From Flectonema sp. DT1601 (taxonomy: Eukaryota): a DNA stretch of 64,000 bases. The translations under genes and the position numbers were made by a program. The notes beneath the pieces were generated by a model. It searched no databases. It was not told the DNA's origin and saw only the letters and a program-made list of their open reading frames with translations. Each line of letters starts with the position of its first letter. Position 1 is the first letter of the stretch. This document shows, piece after piece, positions 36,901 through 48,965 of the stretch. The stretch covers positions 124,001 through 188,000 of the forward strand of contig OZ025787.1 of the NCBI GenBank assembly GCA_964019425.1, read 5' to 3'.

Positions 36901-39680
36901 GTTACTAAAGCACCCTCAACAAATGTCAGCTTGTTTGAATCATCGGAAATATATTGTCCGAGATACTCTTGTAGATCTGTAGTCTCGTGGTTATTAATTC
37001 TGATACAGCGATGACCTGTTTGTCTAGCTAAGTGTTCAACCATAGAAGTCTTACCCGCAGCTGTTGGACCTTGTAGAAGAACAGCTCTACCTGATACTAC
37101 TACTCTTGCAAGATTTCTTAAATGATTAGCAATACTCTTTGTTATAACGTAGGCCTTAGTCTCTGTTGGTTTTCCATAAGGTCCAAGCTCTAACCAAAAA
37201 TGCTCAAACTGAACAAAATTAGCAGCTGGTTGCTGCGGTGGCTGCGGAGCAGAAATCGGTCTTTTCTTCAACAAGTAATGCGACACAATCGAACTCATTA
37301 CTATCTGAAATTTCATATTAAGTTGAGAGTAGAAACATAAATATATTCCCTCAAGGAGAGCATGTTGAAAGCCGTATATCGGGCACACTTGTCTTGTAAA
37401 GCGAAGTGCTCTGGTTAATGTTCTTAAAGAGTAATGTGGTTTTGGCGTAGTCGGATCGTTGTCTGTTAATTTAGTCGCAGCTTGTTCTCTGCATGCTAAA
37501 TAGAAATCAACAACTTCATCAATAGGAGGGTCTGGAACTAATCCTCCCAACATCTTTGTTACGACTACTCTAAGGTCTGCTTTGTCTGTTAGTTCATCGC
37601 AGTACAGTTCTGTGAATCGACTTTTTAATGACGGAGGGAGGTCTTTCTTTCCGACATCAGTCGGAGGGTTCATGCATGCGAATAATCTGAAATTTGGATG
37701 CATATGAATTGTAGGATTAGAACCCTTCTCAGTGATGGTTAACTTCGCAGAAGCAATCACGCTGTCGCCTTCAACTTTGTGTAGGACTTCAACTGCTTGA
37801 CTGATTCTCTCTAAGATCTCAGCGTCTGCTAAGTTTATTTCGTCGAGTAGAAGCCATTTCCCTTCTCTAAATGCAGACACCAATGAACCCTCAACAAATT
37901 CAAACGCAGCTTTATCCGCTAATTCGCTTCCCAATTGGTGAACAGCCTTCCAAGAGTTGATTAGTCGTTCAGCTTTTTCCTTCTGTGTCGCATCCAAGTT
38001 GATGTCGTTCGTTTTCTTTGTCAGAGACGCCATCGTTTTTACGGCTACTTCCGTGACGTGTTTTCTCAGTTTCGAGTATGACTTGTTTTGGACAGCTGTT
38101 GTTACTCTCTTTAGTATGGTTATTGTTTGTTTTTCTTCCGCTTTAAAAGTACTTTTTACTACAAATTCGAACTTCTCAGCTAATGTTCTGGCAGCCATTC
38201 CCAGATCAGTAGGTCTGTAGCCTCCGATTACGTCACTTGTTTCTGACTGCTGGTTTAAATTGTGTACTACTAAAGGTTGGTTCAGTTGATTTGCTAAGTG
38301 TTGAACCATAAAGGTTTTTCCCACACCAGTTTCACCTGTTAATAAAACAGGCTCAATCATCTTCACACAAACAGCAAGTCTCTCAAGTAGTGACAATGAT
38401 GCTTTAGTGTCACCAAATGTTTTGTCAGTTTGTAGAAGTTCTTCACTTGGATCACAAGGTCTGACCTTTAACAATTGTCTACCAATAGAATAGTAACCAT
38501 TTTGAGGACCTCCAACAGCAGGTCGGTGATGATGAAGAAGATAAGATTGCTTATCAGAGCTAATATCTAACGTGGTTCCTATAGTCTTAGCCATCGTACT
38601 GTAACCTTTACTTTCTGGAAGGTGACGACAGAATGAATCTAAGGCTTCTTGATACATAATATCTTTAGTCGTCGTGTCCAAGTGATTACTTGTTGAACAT
38701 TCCTTCAAACGAATTAACATACGTCTTCCCCATCTCAATAACTCTCTCAGTGATAGTCTAACGTGAGGCATTAATCTCTTTACTTCAGCAAGAGTAACAT
38801 CAGAACACGATTCAAGAACTTCTTCTCCGTCTGCTGGACTTGATTGTTGAGCAGCATAGAGAGCTTCAAACATGTTTTTAATTGTTTGAATAGCAGTTAT
38901 GTTAACACCTGGACAGACTGTTGCCAGACACTGAAACATCTCAACAAGTGAAGGGGCTAAGATGGTAACATTACCCCACAACTGTATGTGGGGAATGAAT
39001 CCTTTTCTAGCTGATCCAGAAGTTGTTTGAACTGTCGCTAATAATCTAAAGTTTGGATGACATTTAAGAATCCGATCTTCTTCAGGGATGTATAGAAAAC
39101 CTGACTGAAGAAGTGTTACTAACGCTGAAGTAACATCTGATGAAGCGAGATCAATATCCTCGAGTACTAACCACTTTCCGTTTACAATAGAATTAGCTAA
39201 TGGTCCCAATTGGAATTCAAAACACTTCTTGCTGGTCGATCTAAAGGTTCCGACTAAATCTTTAATATCAACTGAGCTGTCAAGACCGACGGTGATCAGA
39301 TCGACGCCGAATTCTTTAGCAAGGAATCTCGCGATGGCTGTTTTTCCAACTCCAACACCTCCAGACAATAAAACACAACGTTGAACAGATAGAGCTCGTC
39401 TCATGGCTTCGAGATTCTCAGCTGATGTCTTAGTTCCTACAAATAGCTGAGTTATGTCATTTGCGAACTCAGCAACAGGAGTAGTCATACTTGCTACTGT
39501 TGTCGCTACTGTTGTCGCTACTGTTGTCGCTACTGCTTCAACAGCTTCTGGTGCTGACGTCATTTCAACATCTGCTGATGGAGTTGGCTCATCATTCACA
39601 TTAGTCGTCGTGACTGTGTTCGAATTACTTTTTGAACCTCCAGCCTTCTTCAGTCTCATCTTTTTCGCTTTCTTCCCCAT
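24940..39680 (-). CDS. MDN1: Midasin (MDN1/Rea1) AAA-ATPase, 3 exons: 39680-25413, 25330-25218, 25153-24940
   Basis: Six AAA modules (GGVGVGKT, GETGVGKT, GPTAAGKT, GETGGGKT, GSPGVGKT, GSTGCGKS), D/E-rich tail, MIDAS DDSSSM. Introns 25412-25331 and 25217-25154 restore the C-terminus QLIVFVILD...YMDGFPFPFYIVV...LPSALSDTLAQWFE. Confidence 0.96.
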
Positions 39681-39955
39681 TTCGGAGGTTCACCTGCGGG
39701 AGAGAATACAAATAAAATATGAATACGCAGATCATATCAACGTCTCACACAACTGGAACATTACTAATCAACAAAGAGACAACTGGTACCTGTTGAATAA
39801 GAATATTAAAACAAATCATCTCAACCCAATAAAATCAATCGACTCTAAAGAAGAAGATAAGCGAGATGGTAATTCGGAAGAATTCCACAACTGGGAGAGG
39901 AGTGTCTTTATTTGAGATTCTTACTACATCTCAGAGACAGATTGGTTTATCATTG

Positions 39956-41336
39956 CTACGAGGCAGCAATTTTCGGAGTTTCTGGCAATCGCTGTTTTCG
40001 CATCGAATGCTGCAGCAGTGCTGGTGAGAGTCGTCCTTCACTTCCTTTGTCGGGTTCTTTCTGCTCTCTCAGTTGACGTATTTCTGTAATCTCTTCGTGA
40101 CGTCTTGCGATCCAAACTTCTTTGTTAGCTCTCCATTCCTTTGTTTGGTTTGTCATTTTATTATACTAATTATTAATTCATATCAAATAAATAAAAGTAT
40201 TTAATAAATACCGAGAGGAGGTTATCTTTTTTCTTCCTCATTCCAGTTACCTGGTTCTGTCGTAACATAGATATGACGTCCGCTGCTTGTTTCTTTTTGT
40301 GTTTGGTGTCTTGTCGCTCTTGTGCGAGGTCTCCTTTTCGTTTCTTCAAGTGTTGTTCGAGATCATCACGTCTGGCGCCTTCTTTGTATTTGTAGTCACG
40401 ACGGTCTCGTCGTATTACGTCACATCGCCTACGAAGATCAGATTGATGTTTGCTCGTGAAGAATTGCTTTTGGGTTTTGCGGAGATCCTTTTCTTGTTTG
40501 ATAAGTCGATTCTTTTCCTCATCATAAACACCCTCCAACGCCAGACTGTATTTACCGCTCTCTGCTCGAAGATGGCTGTCAATAATCCGCCGACAGTTTT
40601 CCTCTTCCATTCTCATTTTTCTAGATTCTCTACTTTGTAATATTTCTAATCTGATGTGTCGAACTTGTTCTCTTTTATCATCTTCTTCTTCTTTCATTGC
40701 GCACTTCAGTCGAAGAACTTCGTCACGCTTTTCGCGGTTCTTTTTCATTAGTTGTGCGTCTCTCCTTGCGATGAGTATTAGTTTTTTTTCCTTCTTCTCC
40801 TGACGAACTTGGTATTGCTGAGCGAGGCGTTCGGCTGGAGTGACGTTGAAGTGTGCGTACTCTTGCTGTCGTTCTCGTTGAGCGCTTTTAATCATCCGCT
40901 GCTTTGTGACACTCCAATTTCCGAGATGTGATTTATTTAGATCCCGTTCTAAAGAATTCCATACATCACCAAGACCATTAGTTCCAGATCCGTACTCTGC
41001 TTGGTGGAGTCGGTTTTCTCGGAGTTGAAGTTGAACGTCTTTCTCTCGCCGCTGCATAACTCTTTCGAAGTCCCAGAAATCGTATCCGGGGAGAAATAGA
41101 GAACGAGAACCTTTATCAATAATTTCATCTTCGTATATCATTTTCTGTAATACGTCGTCATCATTCCTACCAAATTGTCCTGCCCAAGATCCGCCTGCTG
41201 AGGTTGCCCTTCCAACAGGAAGTGGATCTAATCGCCTTGAGTGACCCCTTCTGAGTTGAGATATTATTCCTCCACACAATGTGATGAGTGCTACCGAATG
41301 GACTTCACATCGTTGGAGTTTGTTGGATAGCAACAT
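39956..41336 (-). CDS. Hypothetical charged coiled-coil protein, 2 exons: 41336-40212, 40138-39956
   Basis: R/K/E-rich helical sequence. Phase-0 intron 40211-40139 (GTATTT...AAACAAAG) joins two adjacent ORFs. Confidence 0.65.
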
Positions 41337-41947
41337 TCAAGTTCGGATCATATTATTAAACATCTATTAAGTATCTGAATAATAAAATCAATCACGACCA
41401 ACGTGTTACGACAACAACACACAAGTAAGCAACACAAGCTACACAACAAGGGTACTAAAAGTAACAAAACGTTAGCCAATCTACTACTCAACTATAGAAC
41501 AACACCCAACTAAGAGGTTGTCAAGTTTATCGGGAAAAAAAAATTTAAATTTTTTAATTTGTATTTCATACGGCACATATTTTCTTGAAGACTTTATCAA
41601 GAACAGTTTCTCAAAAAAAAAAAAACTTTCATTCAGATAAATTCTTATATGTAACATTTGCCATAATAAACGGCTCTTGATCAGCTTCTTCTCCGACTTC
41701 GTCGGGAATAAAAATTTTAAGAAAAAAGGGCCAGAATCTTTTTATTATAACAACGCAAAGATGCTATAAAGGATAATATTATTTTATTGTATTTTTGCAG
41801 CAAATGCCACGGAGAAGAAAAAACACCTCACGAAATAGATGTGATACTACTTGCTTATGACAGACAAACAAAACAGAACAGAATTGGAACAGAGAGTATC
41901 ACTAGGGAATGTGTTTTAACAACCAGAATTGTTTACAATTCAAGTTG

Positions 41948-43081
41948 CTACACCTCCGGAGTTTTATTATAAATGTAGTTATGAACTATTTCACTTCGGT
42001 GAGGAGCTGGTTCAACATGAGTCCTTGTCTGTAAAGTATATTTTCCATTACTCATGATTCCTTTGTGAGATAAATCAAAACCTCGTCTACGTGGAGCCCT
42101 ACTTGAATAATTATCCTTGTTGTGACTGTGTGATGGTGATATTTCTGTATGAGCATCTTCGATATAAATATCGTCAGGTTGGGCATCAATTTCAACATTA
42201 ACCCAGTCGGGTTTTTCTTCGTCCATATTACCTTGACAATACTCCAGATACTCAGAGATATCAATAAGTCCATTACCGTCAATGTCAATTGAGCTGAATA
42301 CAAAATCAACTTCCGCATCTGAAATTGGTTTCCCTTCGGATGCTTGCATTCGAAGACGTAGCTCTTCCTTGTCAATAAACCCAGAGTTGTCGACGTCCAT
42401 TTTTCGAAATTGTTGTGCTCCTTGTTGCACAGCAAGTTCCTTGCGTAAAGTAGTCATTTCTTCCCTAATTCTTAGCGTTCTTGATGGAAGCTGTACCGCT
42501 GCTTCGATCTGTTTTGTTAAATAAGGAAGATCATCATCACGTCCACCTTCACCTGATTTACCTCCCTTGCCGTTACCAAAATATTTGTCATCAATTTTCT
42601 TTCTAGCTAAGTGAGCGCGTTCTTCTTCTGCTTCTTCCGCATCGCGTACTTTAGATTCTTTCCAGGACTGTTCCCTATCATCGACTTGCTGTCGGAGATG
42701 TTTGATATTTCTACGTAGCTCTCGTTGTTTCTTTGGTAAGTCCATAGTATCTGGGTCTTCTTTTAGAACGTTGACGTGGTGATAAAACCTGTTATCGTAG
42801 TCTTCCATGACCTGCTTGTGCATCTTTTTAGTTTCCTCATTATCCTTTCCTACAGCAGTTAGTCTCTCCATTAATTTATTTTCTAACTTCAATCTTTGAG
42901 TTCTTGTTGGGCTGTGAGTACTTTCCATCAATCGTCGTTCTATGTCGGTTTGGGTCTCTTTTTTTGATGTATCCTTTCGACCTAATTTGTGATACCACCA
43001 AGTTGCTAGTGCTAGGCACATAAGTGCAACAACAGAAACACCAATCATTATTAACAACAACAAGTTGGTTGTACTACTCAT
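41948..43081 (-). CDS. Membrane-anchored EF-hand calcium-binding protein
   Basis: N-terminal hydrophobic helix LLLLIMIGVSVVALMCLALATWW, coiled coil, EF loops DVDNSGFIDKEE and DIDGNGLIDISE. Confidence 0.82.
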   Translation of the reverse strand: MSSTTNLLLLIMIGVSVVALMCLALATWWYHKLGRKDTSKKETQTDIERRLMESTHSPTRTQRLKLENKLMERLTAVGKDNEETKKMHKQVMEDYDNRFYHHVNVLKEDPDTMDLPKKQRELRRNIKHLRQQVDDREQSWKESKVRDAEEAEEERAHLARKKIDDKYFGNGKGGKSGEGGRDDDLPYLTKQIEAAVQLPSRTLRIREEMTTLRKELAVQQGAQQFRKMDVDNSGFIDKEELRLRMQASEGKPISDAEVDFVFSSIDIDGNGLIDISEYLEYCQGNMDEEKPDWVNVEIDAQPDDIYIEDAHTEISPSHSHNKDNYSSRAPRRRGFDLSHKGIMSNGKYTLQTRTHVEPAPHRSEIVHNYIYNKTPEV

Positions 43082-43365
43082 TGTGACTTAGTAGACTTAT
43101 GAACCTCTTTGTGAGGATTCTTTAACCAGACAAGTGCATTTGGTTTTGTGTTATGTTCTCACCTGTTTCATAATGAAATTAATGCGTAATATGGGTTGTT
43201 GTTAACTAGGATTGGCTGTAATATATTTCATTAATTTTTTCAGAATATTGTGTAAATCGTTTTTTTAAATAAAACAAATCGCAAAAATCGCGAATCCCTC
43301 AAAAAAAACCTTTATCCTCGCGAAAAATGGAAATTCTTTTTGTGGATCGGTTTTTAATCAAAAAG

Positions 43366-45182
43366 TCAGAGAGAATGACTTTTACTTTTTAGAGAATTCG
43401 AATTGTGAACAGTACCACCAAAAGGTAACTTAGAAGGATATATATCAGAAACTGAAGGAAGGGTCATCTTTGATGAGGATGTTACTGATGAATTATTAGA
43501 CTGAATAGTATTGTAAACACTATCATGACGTTGGGATGACATCGTGAATGCTTTCTTTAAATAGAACGATGCCTTGTCGTAGTTTCCTAGCAGGCCCTGG
43601 ATATCTCCCAGGCCTGTTGCGGCGCGGATTTTCCCGTCATGATCACCGATCTGTTCAGAGACTCTAAAAAGACGACTCAACCAGTCTTCAGCTTCTTCGT
43701 AGTCTCTGCAGTCGATATGGAGTTGAGCTAGTTGTCTGTATACTTTTACTTCCATTGTTTTATTCTTTTTTTTTATTGCTTGTTTTAAGTAGTGTGTAAG
43801 AATGTTGTTTTCACCGATGCGATCTCCCCGTCGACGACATGATCCCGCCTGAGACCATAAAACATCAGGGTTTTGTTCTGCTAGTAGATCGCAGGTAAAT
43901 CCGGTTATTTCATTTATAGGAATTGTGTGATTGCCATCTGAATTCATTAGAATTAATTCACCTACTCGTCGTCGTTGTTTCATTTCTTCTGCCGTGATAC
44001 CTTCATAGTCGATATCCATATGATTGCCTAAGTCTTTTAATAAAGTTTCCAACACGTCAGGTGATATCACTCGTTTCTCCGTAGCAGCTCCTTTTAATAT
44101 TTCCTTCAGCTGGATTTTGTCCTTTTCCATTTGTTGTCTTCGGTTTCCTTCTTCGTCATCTCTCTCCCTTATTGTGTCTTGAAGGTGTTGTTTTGTTTGT
44201 TCTAAGTAGGAGAGTTGTTCTTCAAGTCTGTTTGCTGTTGCTTCAGCTTTACTACTTCTGTCAGTCAAAGATATAATTTCACTTCTCATTTGGTCTGTTG
44301 CAGTTGTTAAGTTGCGGTCTCGCATTTCTAGTTCCTCGCAATGCCATTGTTTTATATTTGAGAGTTCCTCTTCAAGCTTTCTGATTGATTCCTCCTTAAG
44401 TTCATTCTGATGTCGTAATTCAGAAGCTTCTATCTCCAGTTGTTTGTACTTTTCTTGGTTCTGTTCGATCTCTTGTTGTTGGATAGCTGCTGCTTCTTGT
44501 CGTAGTCGATCTTCTTCTTCCTCTTCTTCTTTGCGCATTTGAGATTCTTGTTCATCCTTTGTGTCTTGTTCCTTAGTAGGTTCCTGAACAGTATCCTCGA
44601 TAGGAATATCTTCAGTGTTAGTAGCTGCTGGAGTTGACGGGGCTGCTACTGAGCTTTTTCGTTTCTTTCGTTTTCCCTTCTTCTTAGGACTTGAGTCTTC
44701 ATCAGCTCCTGTTGGTTGTGTTTCTTCAACACTGCCTGATCTGCTGGTTGGCTTCTTCTCAATTTCTTCTTCTTGATTGGGTTCATTGGTTCCTTCACCA
44801 CCAGAACTATTTTTATTGAAGTCATGTTCTAGACCTGACTCGATGGGTTCACTAGAGTCTTTCTCTTCAGTGTTTTCTCTGTGGTCTTCATCATCTTCTG
44901 GGTTAGTACTGCCTTCAAGTTGAGGAGGTTCAGAATTATGAGGTGTGTGTGTGAGTTCTTCACCTTCAGCATGTTGGCTGTCATGTTCGTGTTCTGGTGT
45001 TGTTGGATCTCCAGATTCAGTTTCTGTTTTTATAGTTATGAAATAAAACATTCAATAGAAAAGAAACTGGTAGGTAAAACCACAGTAATATGATGCATAC
45101 TTGATTTGGTTGTTTTTTTTTTCTTTTTCTTAACACCAGTGCTGTTTCGCTTCTTCTTCGCCTGCTCTGGTGGCTCTTCCAT
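43366..45182 (-). CDS. Acidic/coiled-coil protein with C-terminal TPR repeats, 2 exons: 45182-45101, 45023-43366
   Basis: TPR-like VYRQLAQLHIDCRDYEEAEDWL and AATGLGDIQGLLGNYDKASFYLKKA. Phase-1 intron 45100-45024 (GTATGC...AAAAACAG). Confidence 0.72.
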
Positions 45183-45597
45183 ATTTTTAGTTAGTCTGTA
45201 CAATAACAATGTAAGAAACCATATCAAAGTCTTGAAAATAATTGTTATAAAAGACACCAGAAGCCTTGGAGCTGCTGTCAGTCTAAGGATATCAAGAAAA
45301 AATAGAAATAAAGTAAAACAAACAATCGATCGAGAAACCATCACTCACCCGTCGGATAACATCTTCAGGTGGAGATGTCAATTCGTATCAGCGGAGGAGC
45401 ATATCAAGCGGTTTATTTTATTTCTTTTTTTTTTTTTTGCAAACGTTTGCAAAAAAAAAAGAGAATCGTTGATAACAATAATATTGAAGTGAACGCGTGA
45501 AATCGAGTGTGATTGTTACGACAAGAATCTCGCTTCCTTTTTGGAAGCAAGTGTTTCGAGATCTACAAGAAAGGATATAAATAACTTTGAAAAGATT

Positions 45598-46611
45598 TTA
45601 AGCGAGCTTTGTTTTGATATAAGAAGCGATGCGGTTTGCAGAAGCGTCAGCTTCAGGAAAGCAGCCCACGAATGACGGGAAAGTATGCAGCATGTTTGGA
45701 GCAATTTCAATGCTGCTCTCAACTCCTGCAGAGAGAGCTTTATCATGACAGATACGGCTTTCATCCAGAAGGACTTCTGCGCCACCAACTACAAAGAATA
45801 ATGGACATAGACCTTTAAATGGGCCGAAGAGAGGGGAAACTTTTGGGTTTTTAGGATCGAAATTGTTCCCAGTCGGGGTGTTGTTTTCACCCATGTTACC
45901 AATTGCGATTGATGAGGTAGCTAACATGCCAGCCTTGTCGATCATACAGTCTCGTTTATTCATCACTTTACAGGATGCTGATGGTTGTGAAGCTGATAAA
46001 TCAGTCCATGGTGAAATAGGTACAGCACAACCAGGTTGTGGTAACCCACCATTTAGCATTGCTTGAATAGCAAGTAGTGTTAAACCTCCTCCTGCAGAGT
46101 CTCCTGTTAGTGCTATCTTTGATGGGCTTACGTTCAATTTATTAACAAAGTGTTTATAGACTTTTAAAACTTCATCGACACAAATGGGAAGCGGATGTTC
46201 CGGAGCCAAAGAGTAATTAATACTAACAACTCTAGCTTTGGCAGCATCAGCTATGAATGTGCAATAACCAGACAGAGTGGTTGCGCTTCCACCGATGTAT
46301 GCCCCGCCATGCATGTGAAGAATAAGATTGTCACTCGTTGGGTTGCCATACTCGAAGCATTCAATATCATTAATGATTAGTTTTTTTCCTGGTTTTTGCA
46401 GAATCATAAGTTTGAAGTCACGCAATTCCTTCTTTATGGATGCTGCTGTGATTTTCTTATTCTCACTCTTGGCTCCCCTGAACAGTGAATCATAAGCCAA
46501 GTACCACTTCGAAGGAGCCTCACCCTCAATCCAACTCTGGTTGGGAGACACAGTCATATATTTATACGTTAGTATACAATTGAGAGCAAATTTCGCTACG
46601 ATATTTCCCAT
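45598..46611 (-). CDS. Alpha/beta hydrolase, hormone-sensitive lipase/esterase family
   Basis: HGGAY oxyanion motif, YSLAPEHP, GDSAGG nucleophile, ISPWTDL, EVLLDE, MLHTF. Confidence 0.92.
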   Translation of the reverse strand: MGNIVAKFALNCILTYKYMTVSPNQSWIEGEAPSKWYLAYDSLFRGAKSENKKITAASIKKELRDFKLMILQKPGKKLIINDIECFEYGNPTSDNLILHMHGGAYIGGSATTLSGYCTFIADAAKARVVSINYSLAPEHPLPICVDEVLKVYKHFVNKLNVSPSKIALTGDSAGGGLTLLAIQAMLNGGLPQPGCAVPISPWTDLSASQPSASCKVMNKRDCMIDKAGMLATSSIAIGNMGENNTPTGNNFDPKNPKVSPLFGPFKGLCPLFFVVGGAEVLLDESRICHDKALSAGVESSIEIAPNMLHTFPSFVGCFPEADASANRIASYIKTKLA

Positions 46612-48965
46612 TTGATGTTGTGGGTTTTTTTTAAAGCTTTGTATGGGAAGAAAAAAATAGTATTAAGAATCCATTTTTGTTTTTAAAAATAAAAAAGACA
46701 ACCTTCACAAAAAATAGGTACTCGGTTAAAAATAGAAGGAATATTGTTCTGGTTTTTTGTGTTTTTTTTTTTAATCTTTTCAGACAGTTTGTCACCGGAA
46801 AAAAAAAAAAAAAAAAGAAAACAAGTTCGTAGAGAAGTGTTTGCGAACCACGCAAACCACAACATAATTCTTTCCACAAAGTTTGACAAAGTCGCAAGCA
46901 GCATACATTCGGTTAATAGATTTCAGTCAAGTACGTTTTTAACTATCGTTCGTCGTGGTTGATTGAATTTTTTTGTTTGTTTGTTTGCTTGTTGACGCGA
47001 GAAACTCGCATTCGATACCACCCTTCGGGTATCGAGTTTTGTTAGTTAGAAAAAAGCTATTTTAGCAGTAGCCATCACACATAAATAAATAAGCAATCAA
47101 CTATATGAGTTTGTTACAAAAAAAAAAAAAAAAAGGATTTCTATCAACGTTTATAAACGTTGTATAACTGATTGCATAGCATCACCAAGAGTAAGCTTAT
47201 TATTTATTTATTGTTACTTAAAAAAACACAAGATTGAAAATAGAACTCCATTTGCTTTTCTCGTAGAAAAAGAAAAAAAAAAAAAAAAAAAAAAACAGCC
47301 GACTGGTAAACGTTAATATGACATTCGTTTCATCCGTTCTACTGACTAGCCGTTTTTTTAAACCAAAAGTCAAGAAAAGGGGAAAAAAAAAAAAAAAAAA
47401 AAAAAAATAAGGAACAGAGAATGTTTCAATAATGGTTTAATCAGAACTTGGTTAATGTTTTCAGTTATCAACCAATGATTCCCAATTATTAGAGATCATT
47501 AAAAGAGGAAGAGAAATAAACTAAGAAACAACATGAGTATCCACAAAAATTCTCAAACAACACAAATGGGAAACATAAATTATCATTTGGAAATGCAACT
47601 ATAAATATAATGCTTCAAAGGATAAGAAGAAGAGAGAATTTACAGACATGTCTCAAGGGAGTGGATAAGTAACCTAAATACATCACTCTCCAACAATCAG
47701 AGATTCTCAACGTTGAATTAATCGCAAGTTAGTTTTTCACCATATGCAACTAGAGTTGATGAAGGCAACCACTTCTAGAAAATGGGACAATAAAAGAACT
47801 TCGCTATCGATGATGTAAAAGAGACACTGGCTATGTTTGTTTACTTTTTTTACACTCACCATAATACAGCGGGAAAAGAGAGAAAAAAAAACTAAAATAT
47901 CAATGCTGTGCTTTGCTTGTATGTGTACAGCAACGAACATGTGAATCTCAAATGAATTCTAAATTTTGCTAAAAACGGCACTGTTGTTGTTCTAAACTCA
48001 TTTTACGGAAAAGGAAATAAACACATACAAAAACAGTGACACTAAATTAGAAGAGAGACTCCAAAAGGATTATATAAAGCATTTTAACACCCAGAAGGCA
48101 AACATTTCTGAAAATATCTTTTCTTCAGATTCAGATTCAGAAGGAAAATGAAACATTCCACTCGATCCGAATCACAGAAAAGAGTAAGGGTAGGTTTTAC
48201 GATACAAAACCAGGAGTTAAGACAGCATGCACAAAAAGAAATATGTGTAAAATGCATAAAAAAGAAGAATAAATTATAAATAATAAACAGAACAACCGAA
48301 CTGATTGCAAGGATCAGTCCTGCGTCACTAAAACCAATGGGAAAACCCACCACATTAGAAAACCGTGAGGGTCAGGTCTAAGTATCCGGAACTCACTTCT
48401 CAAGCGCGATAGTTCGGTAAAAGGGGAAAGCCAAAAAAAGAAACGTGTGAGTGAAAGGGGAAAGTTATTCCTACACAAAAAACTATCCACTATCCAAACA
48501 TAGTGAATTTAACATTCAGTAGGAACTTTTAATTCACTCAATGAGATGCAAGTATGAAAACCAAACAAAAAGAAATGTTTGAAGATTTCAACAGAAAAAG
48601 GATTTTTAACAATAAGGGACATAAGCAACGCACACCGCGGTTTTCATCAATACCAAATGTAAAACGCAACTATTAACATCAGAGACAGTTTTTTCACTCT
48701 ATGCGACACATAAAAGCGAGCACTTCATCCCATGCAACCACTCAACACATTAACGCAAGTTATAACAAAATAGATTATAAATAAAAATAAAATAAAAAAG
48801 AATCCAAACAATAAAAAAAGAGCAATCGGAATACTCAAACGAAAGCTACAAGTAGCTGGGAAATTCCAGTCGCCCAACTAAAGAATTTTGAGAATAACAA
48901 AATAAGGACTCGGTAGAAACCTTGTCAAAAAAAAAAAAAAAAAAAAAAACATAATATTATCGCAT

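Noticed and set aside
25436..39915. Many small ORFs antisense or out of frame within midasin and other genes
   Set aside because: Shadow ORFs of biased coding sequence with no domain signatures.
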